A DNA stretch of 53,310 bases from NCBI GenBank assembly GCA_942490825.1, contig CALNYG010000013.1, positions 1 through 53,310 on the forward strand. Reading direction: 5' to 3'. Below are positions 9,346 to 21,600 of this stretch, piece after piece; the first letter of the stretch is position 1, and the number at the start of each line of letters is the position of its first letter. The translations under genes and the position numbers were made by a program. Origin of the DNA: Candidatus Moraniibacteriota bacterium. GTDB taxonomy: Bacteria > Patescibacteriota > Minisyncoccia > Moranbacterales > GCA-2747515. The notes under the pieces are model-generated. The model had not been told where the DNA came from, ran no database searches, and saw only the letters and a program-made list of their open reading frames with translations.

Positions 9346-10602
9346 ATGGCAACAAAGAAAACAACCAAGAAAAAAGCTATCAAAAAAGCAACGGATAAAA
9401 CAGTCAAAAAAGTTATAGCAAAGAAACCAAAAAAAGTTGTTGGAAAATTTGTTAAAAAAGTAGCTAAGAAAAAAGTGGTTATCAATAGAAACAACGGCAT
9501 GGATTTAATTCCAATACTCAAGGATCTTTTTGATCGGGGAAGGCAACGTCACTTTATTACAGAAGACGAGATTATGCATGTGATGCCAGATATTGAAAAG
9601 AACTTGGAAGATTTAGAAGATTTTTATGATCAATTAGAAAAAAATAATATTAAAATTGTTCGATCTGAAGAGGTGTTACATGTAGAGTCTCATATTGATG
9701 ACAAAAAAGGTAAAAAAGCTCAGAAAAAAAGTGATGAAATTCTCATCCAAGAAACAGCAGTTACTGAAAGTAATGCAGGTGATTTAGTGCAAATGTATCT
9801 TAAGGAAATTGGTCGAGTTCCATTGTTAAAATCTGAAGAGGAAGTAGCTTTGGCTAAGGCGATTGAGAAAGGTGACGAAGCAGCAAAACAAAAGTTGGCA
9901 GAGGCTAACTTAAGATTAGTAGTTTCAATTGCAAAAAAATATGTTGGTCGTTCCGCTAATCTTTCATTACTTGATTTGATTCAAGAGGGAAATATTGGTT
10001 TGTTTCGAGCTGTGGAAAAGTTTGACTATCATCGAGGGTATAAGTTTTCTACTTATGCAACTTGGTGGATTCGTCAGGCGATTACCCGTGCTTTAGCTGA
10101 TCAATCTAGAACTATTCGTATTCCAGTGCATATGGTTGAAACTATTAATAAATATATGCAGGTAGTTCGAAGATTAGTTCAAGAGTTGGGTCGGGAACCA
10201 TTACCAGAAGAGGTGGCAGCAGAGATGGAATTAGATGTTGATAAAGTACGACACATTCAAAAGATTTCTCAGGAAACGGTCTCATTAGAAACTTCTGTAG
10301 GCGATAGTGATGATCACAGTGTGTTGAGTGACTTTATTGAGGATACAGAAACTATCATGCCAAATAAGGGCGCATCTCGAACTTTATTATCAGAGCATGT
10401 TGCAGAAGTTTTAAGCGAGCTTTCTCCGCGTGAACAAAAAATTATTAAGATTCGTTTTGGTTTGGAAGATGGTGTCACACATACTTTAGAAGAAGTTGGT
10501 CAGGAATTTGGAGTTACTAGAGAGAGAATTCGTCAGATTGAGGCTAAAGCTTTAGAAAAAATTAGAGAACATAAAGTTATTGACAAATTAAAGGATTACT
10601 AA
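9346..10602 (+). CDS. rpoD: Primary sigma factor RpoD with Lys-rich N-terminal extension
   Basis: [54 protein letters not shown]. Confidence 0.98.
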   Translation: MATKKTTKKKAIKKATDKTVKKVIAKKPKKVVGKFVKKVAKKKVVINRNNGMDLIPILKDLFDRGRQRHFITEDEIMHVMPDIEKNLEDLEDFYDQLEKNNIKIVRSEEVLHVESHIDDKKGKKAQKKSDEILIQETAVTESNAGDLVQMYLKEIGRVPLLKSEEEVALAKAIEKGDEAAKQKLAEANLRLVVSIAKKYVGRSANLSLLDLIQEGNIGLFRAVEKFDYHRGYKFSTYATWWIRQAITRALADQSRTIRIPVHMVETINKYMQVVRRLVQELGREPLPEEVAAEMELDVDKVRHIQKISQETVSLETSVGDSDDHSVLSDFIEDTETIMPNKGASRTLLSEHVAEVLSELSPREQKIIKIRFGLEDGVTHTLEEVGQEFGVTRERIRQIEAKALEKIREHKVIDKLKDY

Positions 10603-10628
10603 TAAAATTGAGTTAATAGGATTATTTT

Positions 10629-10660
10629 AAGTGTCTCGTCTTTTATCTAACGGGACACTT
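10629..10660 (+). terminator. Hairpin after rpoD
   Basis: aagtgtctcgt / acgggacactt stem. Confidence 0.6.
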
Positions 10661-10706
10661 GATTATTATTGAGAATTGATTTATAATTCTATTTATATGT
10701 TGATAT

Positions 10707-10778
10707 TCCGAGATAGCTCAGCGGTAGAGCAGTTGGCTGTTAACCAATTGGTCGTCGGTTCGAATCCGACTCTCGGAG
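10707..10778 (+). tRNA. tRNA-Asn (GTT), CCA not encoded
   Basis: Acceptor TCCGAGA/TCTCGGA, D-arm GCTCAGCGGTAGAGC, anticodon arm GTTGG-CTGTTAA-CCAAT, T-loop GGTTCGAATCC. Confidence 0.97.
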
Positions 10779-10787
10779 CAAAGTAAT

Positions 10788-10816
10788 AAACTGTCCACAA
10801 AGAAAGGGCAGTTTTT
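10788..10816 (+). terminator. Terminator after tRNA-Asn
   Basis: aaactgtcc / gggcagttt stem with T tail. Confidence 0.65.
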
Positions 10817-11269
10817 GTTTTTGTAAAGAAATTATTAAATTCTATTCAAAAATTAATCAAAGAAAACTAAATTTTAATTTTTCCAAAAAACATTTTACGA
10901 TAAATATGATGATGTAATCTTTTTCTCAGTCTATCATCTTTATTCCATCGAACGGTACTCTTAATTCAGGTGAAAATAGATATATTTCTACTGATATGAG
11001 CCTTGCTAATTAGGGTGAGAAAGTTGTCTACATTAAAAATGGTAAGCTATGGCGTGTTAGGATGAAATGATTTTTAAGGTATAAATTTAAAAAAAAGCAT
11101 TGGTCTCAAATGAGGTCAACGTTTGATTTTTTAAATTATTTTTCGCAAAGTTTTTACAATTAATTTAGCTTACACGGCTCTTTAACATCTTTGGGCAAAG
11201 CTAAGTATTGAAATTTGTTAAATTCTATGCTTAAATATTAAGTTATTTTAATAATTTAATATTTTAAAA

Positions 11270-11473
11270 ATGCAAAAAAAAGAGATTAAAAAAATATTCA
11301 ATTTAGAAGGATATATTTTAGATAAATTTGAAGAAAAAAATGATAAAATAATTTTACATTGTCATTTACAAAAGAATTCATTTAAATTAAAAAATGAGGT
11401 AAGTAAAAAAATTAATCAAAAAAGAAATAGAATAATTGCTCATTCTATGTTTGAAAATAAAAAGTTTTTATAG
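11270..11473 (+). pseudogene. ISL3 transposase N-terminal part, truncated by a 1-bp deletion
   Basis: A5 here versus A6 in copy 2 at gaaaat-aaaaa(a)-gttttt; copy 2 reads through to 106 aa. Confidence 0.75.
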
Positions 11474-11642
11474 CTATTACTCAAAGAAGATTTTATTTTT
11501 CTAAACATAAAAAGAAACTTTGGGAATCTTTACCTCAAGTTAAAAAAGGGCAACAAATGAGCACAGCTTTTAAAAAAACTCTGTCATAGAATTAAGAGAA
11601 ACCACATATAGCGGACTAGCTAGATCTAGACAGATAAGCATT

Positions 11643-12464
11643 ATGTCGGCTCTGAGAATGATTGATGAAATGGTAAATACTTCATTAATTTGGGATAAAT
11701 CTATTCAAAGAATTGGAATGGATGGCAAAGGAGTTAGCAAAAGAAAACAAGTTTTTAACATTACTAATTTAATTGATAATGAGGTGATAGGTGTTCTACC
11801 AAATTTATCACAAAAAGAATTGCTGAAAGAATTATTAAAAATTGATTTAAAATTTAGATTAGCAGTTAAAGAAGTATGTATTGATATGGACTCTTTTTTT
11901 CCAGCTATTATTAAAGAATGTTTTCCTAATGCGGTTATTGTGATTGATCATTTTCATATAATTCAGTGGGCTGTCTTTTTATTAAAAGAACAAAAGAAAG
12001 TTTTTCAAGACATCAACAATGAATCTTATAAAATAAATAAATTACTGATGATACCTACACACAAATTAACAATTGAAGAATTTAATAAATTAGAAAAAGT
12101 TTTTGTTAAAGTTCCTAAGTTAAAACAAAGTTGGAAAATAATTCATCAACTCAGAAAAGTATATTGGAAAAATAACAGAAAAGAAGCTCAAAAACAATTA
12201 AAATATGTCATCAGTCTTTGTAAAACTTCAGAATCAAAATATATGAAAGATTTGGCTAATACATTAACAAGATGGTTTGATGAAATATTAAATTATTATT
12301 TATCTAAAACAACTAATGCTTATACTGAAGGAATTCATAATCATTTTGAAAGAATTAAAAGGAATCATTTTGGGATTAGGAATGTTGAACGTTTTTGTAA
12401 AAGATTATTATTTTGTATTCTTCCGATGACAATTTTATTAAATTTAGTTGCCCAAAGATGTTAA
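11643..12464 (+). CDS. ISL3 transposase catalytic part
   Basis: RIGMDG, VCIDMD, VIDHFHIIQ, TNAYTEGIHNHF; stop lies in the right IR. Confidence 0.9.
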   Translation: MSALRMIDEMVNTSLIWDKSIQRIGMDGKGVSKRKQVFNITNLIDNEVIGVLPNLSQKELLKELLKIDLKFRLAVKEVCIDMDSFFPAIIKECFPNAVIVIDHFHIIQWAVFLLKEQKKVFQDINNESYKINKLLMIPTHKLTIEEFNKLEKVFVKVPKLKQSWKIIHQLRKVYWKNNRKEAQKQLKYVISLCKTSESKYMKDLANTLTRWFDEILNYYLSKTTNAYTEGIHNHFERIKRNHFGIRNVERFCKRLLFCILPMTILLNLVAQRC

Positions 12465-12472
12465 AGAGCCAC

Positions 12473-12509
12473 TTACACTTGACAAAAATTGTTACACTTG
12501 ACAAAAATT
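12473..12509 (+). repeat. Tandem duplication ttacacttgacaaaaatt x2 (19-bp period)
   Basis: Copies at 12473-12490 and 12492-12509, directly after the IS right end. Confidence 0.85.
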
Positions 12510-12675
12510 AAAAATTAGATTAGGCACAAGGGGTTTATTAAATGTGATTTTTGTGGTATGCTTTTTTAAATAATATATACATTTAATTTTTCACTTGGAA
12601 TAGAGTGTTTTTTAATTGGATATGAATAACAGATCCGAGAAAGTCTTCCGAATGAAAAGTAAATAAAATACAAAA

Positions 12676-15600
12676 ATGAATACAAAAATAAATACAAAGA
12701 AATTTTTTTTAACTCTAATTACAGTTTTAATATTATTTCTAAGTTTTTTAGAAAGCAATGCCTCATTTACCCAAGATAATAATAATGGATATTTCGATGT
12801 AAATTTTGATAATCAGACAGGTTGGGAAACAGATAGTGTTAATCAAGACTCGCTAGGAAATTATCTTTCAGAAAATACTGAAGTAGTAGGTGATTCTTCA
12901 CTAACTATTATTACAGGGCAATCTTCAGCTAATGTAACTACTCTAAAAATACAACCAGCGTCTTTTAGTGCGTGGGGAGATGTAACTCTAGATATAACTT
13001 ATGCTAATTCAAGCGATGCTTCTGTTTCACTATATGATTGTCAATCTCCTTCAGTTCCAATTTCAGGCTATTTAGAAATGCCATTAAATGGAGGTAAAGT
13101 AGACATTTCTTCTTTGGATAAAACAACTTACCCATGCATTAGAGCTAAAGTTAATTTTAATCAAACTAATACAAATTTACCAAAGCCTGTTTTAAATTCA
13201 ATAAATGTTGATTGGGATTCATTACCAGTTTTCTTAATATCTCACAGTGCTCAAAGTGAAGTTCAAGCGGGGGATGATGTAACTTATGCAATTAATTATT
13301 CTAATTCCTACTCTGATGCACATGATGTGGTGGTTTACGCACCATTACCAACTGTATCTAATAATAGTTATGGTCAATCAGTCAGTCCAACTTTAAGACA
13401 AGCATCTGATGGCGGTTTATTTACTGATACAGAAATAGTGGTTAACGATGTAACTATTCCAGCTAATTCAGTTTATTGGAGTTTAGGAACAGTGCCAGCT
13501 GGATTAACTACAGTTCTTAAATATAATATAACTACAGAAAATGGATTAGAAGACGGAATTAACTATGCATCAAAAGTTGTTATTAATAGTTCAGAGGCGG
13601 AAGCAGAAGGTTCAAATTCAGTAGATACTGTAATAATTTCTACCCCTAAACCAAATGTTGATAAAACTGTTTCGGGTGTTTATAATGTTGGTGGAATAGA
13701 TTATGTGAATACTCAAGGAAATGAATCTCAGGTTATTTATACTATAAATATTAAAAACCTTTATGAATCCAGAGGAAGGGAGACTATTTTTAATCCAGTT
13801 ATAACTGATGATTTAGGTGCTATTTTTGATAAATTAACTAATCAATGTAGTGAATCCAATCCAGAAGATAGAATTAGTGAGATTTCTAATGGAGGGGTTT
13901 TAAATGTGGGCGATCAAAAAATAGTTTGGGATGGTTTTAATCACTTAGGACCAGGAGAAGCGGATAGTGTTAGTTTCAAAGTGGATTATATTAACTGTAA
14001 TTTAGATGAAACTATTAGCAATAGTGCGAGTTTAACAGCTGATAATATGCCTGAACAGTTGGCTAATGTTGATGTAAAGATTGGTTTAGATCTAGAACCA
14101 AATGGATATTTTGCTAAAGGTGATAAAGTGAGGGGGGTTTCATCAATTTTAGCTGGTCGTGATGATAATAGAGATAAAAAACAATTTTACGAAGAAACTT
14201 TTTCTTATTTGATAAAAACAGGAAACAGAGGAATAGTTACTTTAAATGATAACTATATAATTGATAAAGTAGATTCTAGACTGACTTTTATTTCAGCGAG
14301 CATGCCTTCAAATTTAAATGCAATTACTTACTACAATGTAGATGGTGTAAATAATGATCCTAATGATCCTCCAGATTTTGACAATGTTAATGGAGTGTTG
14401 AGTGGTAATTGGACAACTGCAGAACCAAATGATCCAAGCACTATTAATTGGGTAGCTTTTTATATTCCTTGTCTTTCATCAGATCTTTTCCCTTCCTCTT
14501 CAGGAAGCTGTCAAGATGTTCCAAGTAGTGGTATTGCTACTATTCAAGTTAAAGTAAATACTTCTGATAAAGTGTGTAATTTCTACGATATTAGCAATTT
14601 AGGGAATTTCCATACATTTCAAGCTTCTGCTGACATTAGTAATGATGATAGTAATTTAGTATCAGTAAATTTATCATCTTTTGATGAAGAATTGACTCAT
14701 ATAGCTCCAGCTTTAGCGGATCTATCTATTTCTTCTAGTGTAACAGGACCAAAAGAATTGGGAACTACAGAAATTGGCGAATATGTTTTTAGTGTTAAAA
14801 ATAGTGGAAGTGACACTGCACAAAACACTGTTTTAACTTTAGAAATTCCACAGCTGAGCATTAATGGAATAATGCAGCCTATCAATTTAGTAGGGATAAG
14901 TGGAGGTGTAGTTGATTACAGTGGACTTCCTAATCAAGTATCAATTAAATTAGAAAATATTCCTCAAAATGTTACTAAAGAAGTTAGAATTAATTTAAGC
15001 GTTCCTCAAGGTGTGTCAGTTGATGACACTTTTGAATTAACAGCGGAGCTAAAAGCTAAAGATGATCAAGATTGTCAGGAAATTACAACTAATCTTTCTT
15101 ACTTAACTAAAGTTAAATCTTTACCAGAATTAGATGTTAGAAAAACAGTGGATCAGTCAATTATTAAATCAGGAGGTGTATTGAATTATCAACTTCATTT
15201 CCAAAATAGTGGTGATGCTCCAAGTCACCAATCTTTTGTAGTGGATCAGATTCCAGAAAAAACCATCTTTCAAAAAGCTTACACTACTGGAACAGATGAT
15301 AATTTTAATGAATATACTTGCAATAGTAATTGTAAGGTATACTTTGCAAATCAGTCTGCGATAGATTCAGGTGATTTGCCATCCAATTTATCTCCAAGTG
15401 AGCCCTTTTCTGCTTCCGAAATTTTAAGTAATTTTTCCTTAGGGAATGAGGCTGATGGAGAATGGATACCATCTTTTGATTCTGAAGATGTAGTTTATGT
15501 AGCTTATTTAGTTGATACAGTAATAGATGGCAATGGTCAAGCGTTGCTTCCAACAGGTACATCTGGAAAAGTAGGTTTAGAAATTAAAAATGATGAAGAT

Positions 15601-18600
15601 GGAAGTGGATCTCCTCAAGGAGAAATAATTTATAATTATCCAGCTATCTTATCAGCGGAACTTTTACAAGCTATTGGAAACACGGTTAGTTCAATTATTT
15701 TACCTGATCCAGGATTAAGAATTGAAAAAACATCAGACAAAGAAGTTATATACGCTGGGGAAGAATTTAATTGGAATGTTGATTATTTTAATGATGCAGG
15801 CAATGATGATACAGAGGTTGTAATAACAGACACCCTTCCTTTAGGCGTGAGTTTAATTGCAGTTTATCATCAATGGAATGATGCTACTTTAAGCAATGAC
15901 AGCAGCTTATCAGTTGCCGAAGAAGAAATTACACAAAATAGTAATGTTACTATTACGTACAATGTTAATGGGACAACTACTGTAGAAGTTGCAATCTCTC
16001 AAGGATTAAGAGGTGGGAATCTTCAAAATATTGAAGGTGGAAACTTAAGATTCAAAGTAAAAACTGATGAAGATTCGTTAACTTTTTCAACTTTAGTAAA
16101 TGAAGTGGAAGGATTTTTCAAGAATGAAGATCACCAACATACTGTCAGAGATGAAGATGATGTTCGAATAGTTAATCCAGATCTATATTTAATTAAATTG
16201 GTAGATAAGGCGGAATTAATTAATGGTGAGGATATCAACTATTATTTAATTGTTTCTAATGAAGGTCTACACGATTCAGTTAACACTGTTATTGCAGATG
16301 TTTTGCCAGCTGGTCTTTGCTACCAAGGAGGGAGTACACAAGTTTTAACTGCTGACTGGTCAATTGGCGAACCAGATGTTCAAGTGCAGAACGACGATTG
16401 TGAAAATTACCCAACTACTTTAATTTGGTCAATTGCTAATGGTAATGAATTACAAAAATCAGGTTTAGATTCAGCTGTTATTCCAGCTAATAGTGAAAGT
16501 ATTAATATCACTTATCAAGTTAATGTAACTAATGTAGATCAAGGATCAGTTGTAGTTAATAATGCAAGTATTACTAATGACTTGCCAGAAACTCCAGATG
16601 AATATCCAAATAGTGACAACAAGGAAATTAGAGTGCCTTTCCCAGATCCATATATTATTAAACAAGCTGAAAAATCAACAGTGCTTCCAGGAGAGGCTTT
16701 TGATTTTAACCTTATTTATGGAAATAATCAAAGAGAAACTGCTACTGATGTTTATTTTATTGATAAGTTCCCAGATTATGACAATGATGGAACTGCTGAT
16801 TTAACTTTAATTTCAGTTTCACCATCAGTGAAAAATGAAACTATTTATTATACTGATCAAGCTTCAAGTGTAAGTGATTATACTTTTCCAAATTTTGATT
16901 ACAATAACCCAACTGATAATGGCTGGACAGTTGATAAAAGTACTTTGTCTAATCCAGTTACTCACATTGCTTTATCTGTTGGTAATTTAACAGAATTAGA
17001 AGGACCGTATACAGCAACTTTAACTTTTAAAGCGACTGATCCAGATATAGATCAGGATTTAGATGCAGGTTTAATTTTAAATAATCAAACTGAAATATTT
17101 TCATCAACTGTAGATGACGATTTAACCAATAACCAATCAGAGGATGACGTTAGAACTCCTAATATTGATTTGGTGATTAACAAAGATTTAGTTCAAGAAG
17201 GATTTTCTTTTGGGGTAACTCCAGGTGAAGTGTTAACTTATGACATTACTTTTAAAAATCAAGGAGTGGTCAGTGCTTGTGGAGTCAGGGTAACTGAGAC
17301 ATTACCAGATGAATTAGAAGTTGTAGATCCAATTCATAATTTTAATACTCTAGAATTAGTTGGTGGATCTGAAAATTCAGTTAAGCCTAAGGATCCAAAC
17401 GGAATTGATATTGATGAAAATGTTTTTACAACCTTTAGTAACCTGGGAAATAATAAGTATCAATGGTTAATTGGAACAGATATAGGAGATGAAACTGATT
17501 ATACGCAAGTTTGTTTACCGCCAGGTTCACAACAAACTTTTCAAATTTACGCTAGAGTAAAAGATGATGTAGAAGATGAAGCTTCAATCACAAACGTTGT
17601 TAGAATTGATGAAGACACTGATGCTGTTGAAGAAGTGATGGACAATAATGAAGCTTATGACACAACTGTAGTTTATAAAACTGATATCTTAGTTAAAAAA
17701 GAAGGAAAGGGTTGTGGTGAAGATGATATTTGTGGTAATAGAGATGACAATTATTCAGAAGTAAATCCAGGAGATATAGTTGAGTATGAAATTGAATACG
17801 GCAATATAGGAAGTATTGATGCAGAAAATGTGGTTATTGATGAAATTATTCCAGAAGGAACTTGTTATAAATTAGGAACAGTGGAGGCTAGTCAACCATC
17901 TTCAACAATTGTTACTTATTCAAATGATAATGGTGTAACATATAGTTATTCTCCAGTTGATAGTGGTGATGGAACTGATTGTATGATAACTAATTTTAAA
18001 GTTAATTTTAATTCTGCATTGCCTAGTCCTACTAATTTTATTGGAGAAGATGATGTCTTTATTGGAGATGTAAATCAGGTTGCAGTTGGGGATAAAGTTG
18101 AATTGGTTGTTACTGATCAGGAAAATTGGGTGAGGACTTTTGGAGGTGATGCTAATGATATGAGCAATAGTATAGCTGTAGATTCAGCAGGCAACATTTA
18201 CACCACAGGATCTTTTAATGGAAAAGTAAATTTTGATAGCACAGGCGGCACAGATGAACATACTTCAAACGGAGAGAGTGATATTTTCATAACTAAATAT
18301 AACGCCGACGGATCTTACGGCTGGACCAGAGCCTTTGGCGGAACAGGTAAGGGTGTTAGTCATGGAATTTCTATTGATTCATCAGATAACATTTACACCA
18401 CAGGATATTTTAATGGAACAGTAAATTTTGATAGTACAGGCGGCATAGATGAACATACATCTAATTTTGGTACCGATATTTTCATAACTAAACATAACGC
18501 CGACGGATCTTACGGCTGGACCAGAAGCTTCGGTGGAATGAGTATTGATTCTGGCCATAGTATTTCTACCGATTCATCAGGTAGCATTTATATCACAGGA

Positions 18601-21600
18601 TCCTTTGATGAAAGAATGGATTTTGATGGTACTGGTGGAATTGATAGACATACACTTAATGGTAGTATTGAAGTTTTCATAACTAAATATAACGCCGACG
18701 GATCTTACGGTTGGACCAGAACCTTTGATGGAATGAGCATTAATCTTAGTAGAGGAATTTCCACTGATTCATTAGGCAACATTTACACCACAGGATCTTT
18801 TAATGGAAAAGTAAATTTTGATAGTACTGGTGGTATAGATGCGTATACTTCAAACGGAGAGAATGATATTTTCATAACTAAATATAACGCCGACGGATCT
18901 TACGGCTGGACCAAAACCTTTGGTGAAACAAATAGTGATTCTGGTTATGGAATTTCTACTGATTCATCAGGCAACATTTACACCACAGGATCTTTTAATG
19001 GAAAAGTAAATTTTGATAGTACTGGTGGTATAGATGTGTATACTTCAAACGGAGAGAATGATATTTTCATAACTAAATATAACGCCGACGGATCTTACGG
19101 CTGGACCAAAACCTTTGGTGAAACAAATAGTGATTCTGGTTATGGAATTTCTACTGATTCATTAGGCAACATTTACACCACAGGATCTTTTAATGGAAAA
19201 GTAAATTTTGATAGCACAGGCGGCACAGATGAACATACTTCAAACGGAGATAGTGACGTTTTCATAACTAAACATAACGCCGACGGATCTTACGGCTGGA
19301 CCAAAACCTTTGGTGAAACAAATAGTGATTCTGGTTATGGAATTTCTACTGATTCATCAGGCAACATTTACACCACAGGATCTTTTAATGGAAAAGTAAA
19401 TTTTGATAGCACAGGCGGCACAGATGAACATACTTCAAACGGAGATAGTGACGTTTTCATAACTAAATATAACGCCGACGGTTCAAATGTAATAGTTAAT
19501 GAAGGAGGTTATGATTCTTCAGGTTCCTATATTCAATTAATACAACCAGTTAACCCGACAAGTTACAATAAATTACAAGTAAGTCAAAAACTATCCAATC
19601 AAACAAATATCATCTACTCTTTATTGAAGACGAATGGTTCAGGAGTTTGTACAACAACCCCGATTTCAAATTATGAGAATATCTCATTAGAAGAAAAAAA
19701 TTACATAGATATATCAAATATAGATGTAATAACTTATTCAGAAGTTTGTTTAAAAGCTGAATTAGAAACAACCAATTTAAAGGTAACTCCAACTTTAGAG
19801 GCATGGAGAGTAACTTACAATTCCAATGAAAAACCAAGTTTTAATTTTAAAGTTAAAGTGACAGATGAAAATATACACACAAGCACAATTGATAATACGG
19901 TGGTAATTTCAACTACAACTTCAGAAATAGATTATACAAATAATCAAGATGATAATACTTTAGTTGTTTTAAATGCAGATCTAATAATTACCAAAATAAC
20001 TGATTTAGCATCAGGAAATATTGGAGATGAGGTGAATTATGTAATTGAAGTTTGTAATGATGGTCCACAATCAGTGGATGATTTTGAAGTGCAGGATACT
20101 ATTCCAAATAGTTTGGATTTTATCTCGAGTGATCCAGTGTATTCAGCAAATTCTGATCGAATGTTTACATGGAACTTTGATTCTTTGAACTCAGGAGAAT
20201 GTCAAATAATCAATGTTTTAACAGAAGTAAATAATACAGCTTTACCAAATGATAATTTAATTAATTCAGCTTGTGTAAGTTCCTCAACTAATGATCAAGA
20301 TCAATCTAATAACTGCGATATAGCCACAACAATCATCGGAGACTACGCTAACATCTACATTAAAAAAGATGGGCCAAATTCAATTAGTTTAGGAGATGAA
20401 ATGACTTATCAAATAGATTATGGAAACAATGGAAATGTAGATGCAGAAAATGCCTTTATTATTGAAACAATCCCAGAAAATACCTGTTTTCAAACAGATT
20501 CGATTTTAGGAATAGATAATTTATTAAGCTACAATGTCGATTACTCAAATGATGATGGTTCAACATTTAATTACACGCCAGTTGGAGATAATAATAGAAT
20601 AGATTGTAATGTAACTAATTTCCAAATAACTTTCAATTCAGTTTTGAACATAGGATTTTCAGATTTATTTAACTTTAATGTTGTAGTAAATGATGATTAT
20701 AATTTAGTAGTTAATGAAGCAGAAATTTATAATCAAATATCAATAACTACAACAACTCCAGAAACAAACTTAGTAGATAATCAAGATGACCATATTACAC
20801 CAATAGGATTAGGTTTATTATCATCAATCAGTGGATATGTTTTTGAAGATGGCAACAGAAATGTAGAGATGGATGATGGCGAGTATTACATAGAAAATTC
20901 AACTCTGTATTTATCGGGATATGATATATTTGGTAATTTTTACTTACCTCCAGAATCATCTCATTACTATTCAGAAATAGCTCAAAATCTTTTAAATTTA
21001 GCAATTAGTGATGGGAAAATTGTTTCAGGATATACATTGGGAGATTTCTTAGCTAATGAAACAATTATTACTATTAATTCACAAAGCACAGATAATAATG
21101 GATATTATATTTTTTCTGGTTTAAATCCAGGGAATTATCTTGTAGCTCAAGTTCAACCAGAAAATTATCTTTCAACAGGTTCAACATCAATGGATGGACA
21201 GGGAGATCAACAAAATAATAGTTTAACTGAGAACCAAATTTTTGATATTGATTTGCCAGTTAATTATTTTTCTGAAAACAATAATTTTGGTGAAATTTTA
21301 GGAGCAATCGGAAGCCAGTTATTTTATGATAATGATCAGGATGGAGTTTATGAGTCAGATGATGGTGAAACAGGTGTATCAGGCGTGAGAGTGTCTCTAT
21401 ATAAAGATACAAATAACAATGGATTTTTTGATGATGAGGACCAGGTTTATTCAGTTGCAGTTACTGATGAGAATGGAGAATATTACTTTACAGATTTACC
21501 AGTTAATCAAACATATTTTGTAATACCTGACTCAGTTGATGGTTACGAATTTACTTTAGGTGCAGCCGGAGAAGATAATAATTCACAAATTTCAGATGGT

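Larger units (their letters stand above)
11176..12470 (+). mobile_element. ISL3-family insertion sequence, copy 1 (1295 bp)
   Basis: 23-bp perfect terminal IRs GGCTCTTTAACATCTTTGGGCAA; flanks gcttacac / acttacac (8-bp TSD, one mismatch); DDE_Tnp_ISL3 motifs. Confidence 0.92.

Noticed and set aside
18190-19482. Diversity-generating retroelement (TR/VR pair) in the propeller repeats
   Set aside because: Differences are not confined to adenines, all units are in frame within one gene, and there is no reverse transcriptase in the window.
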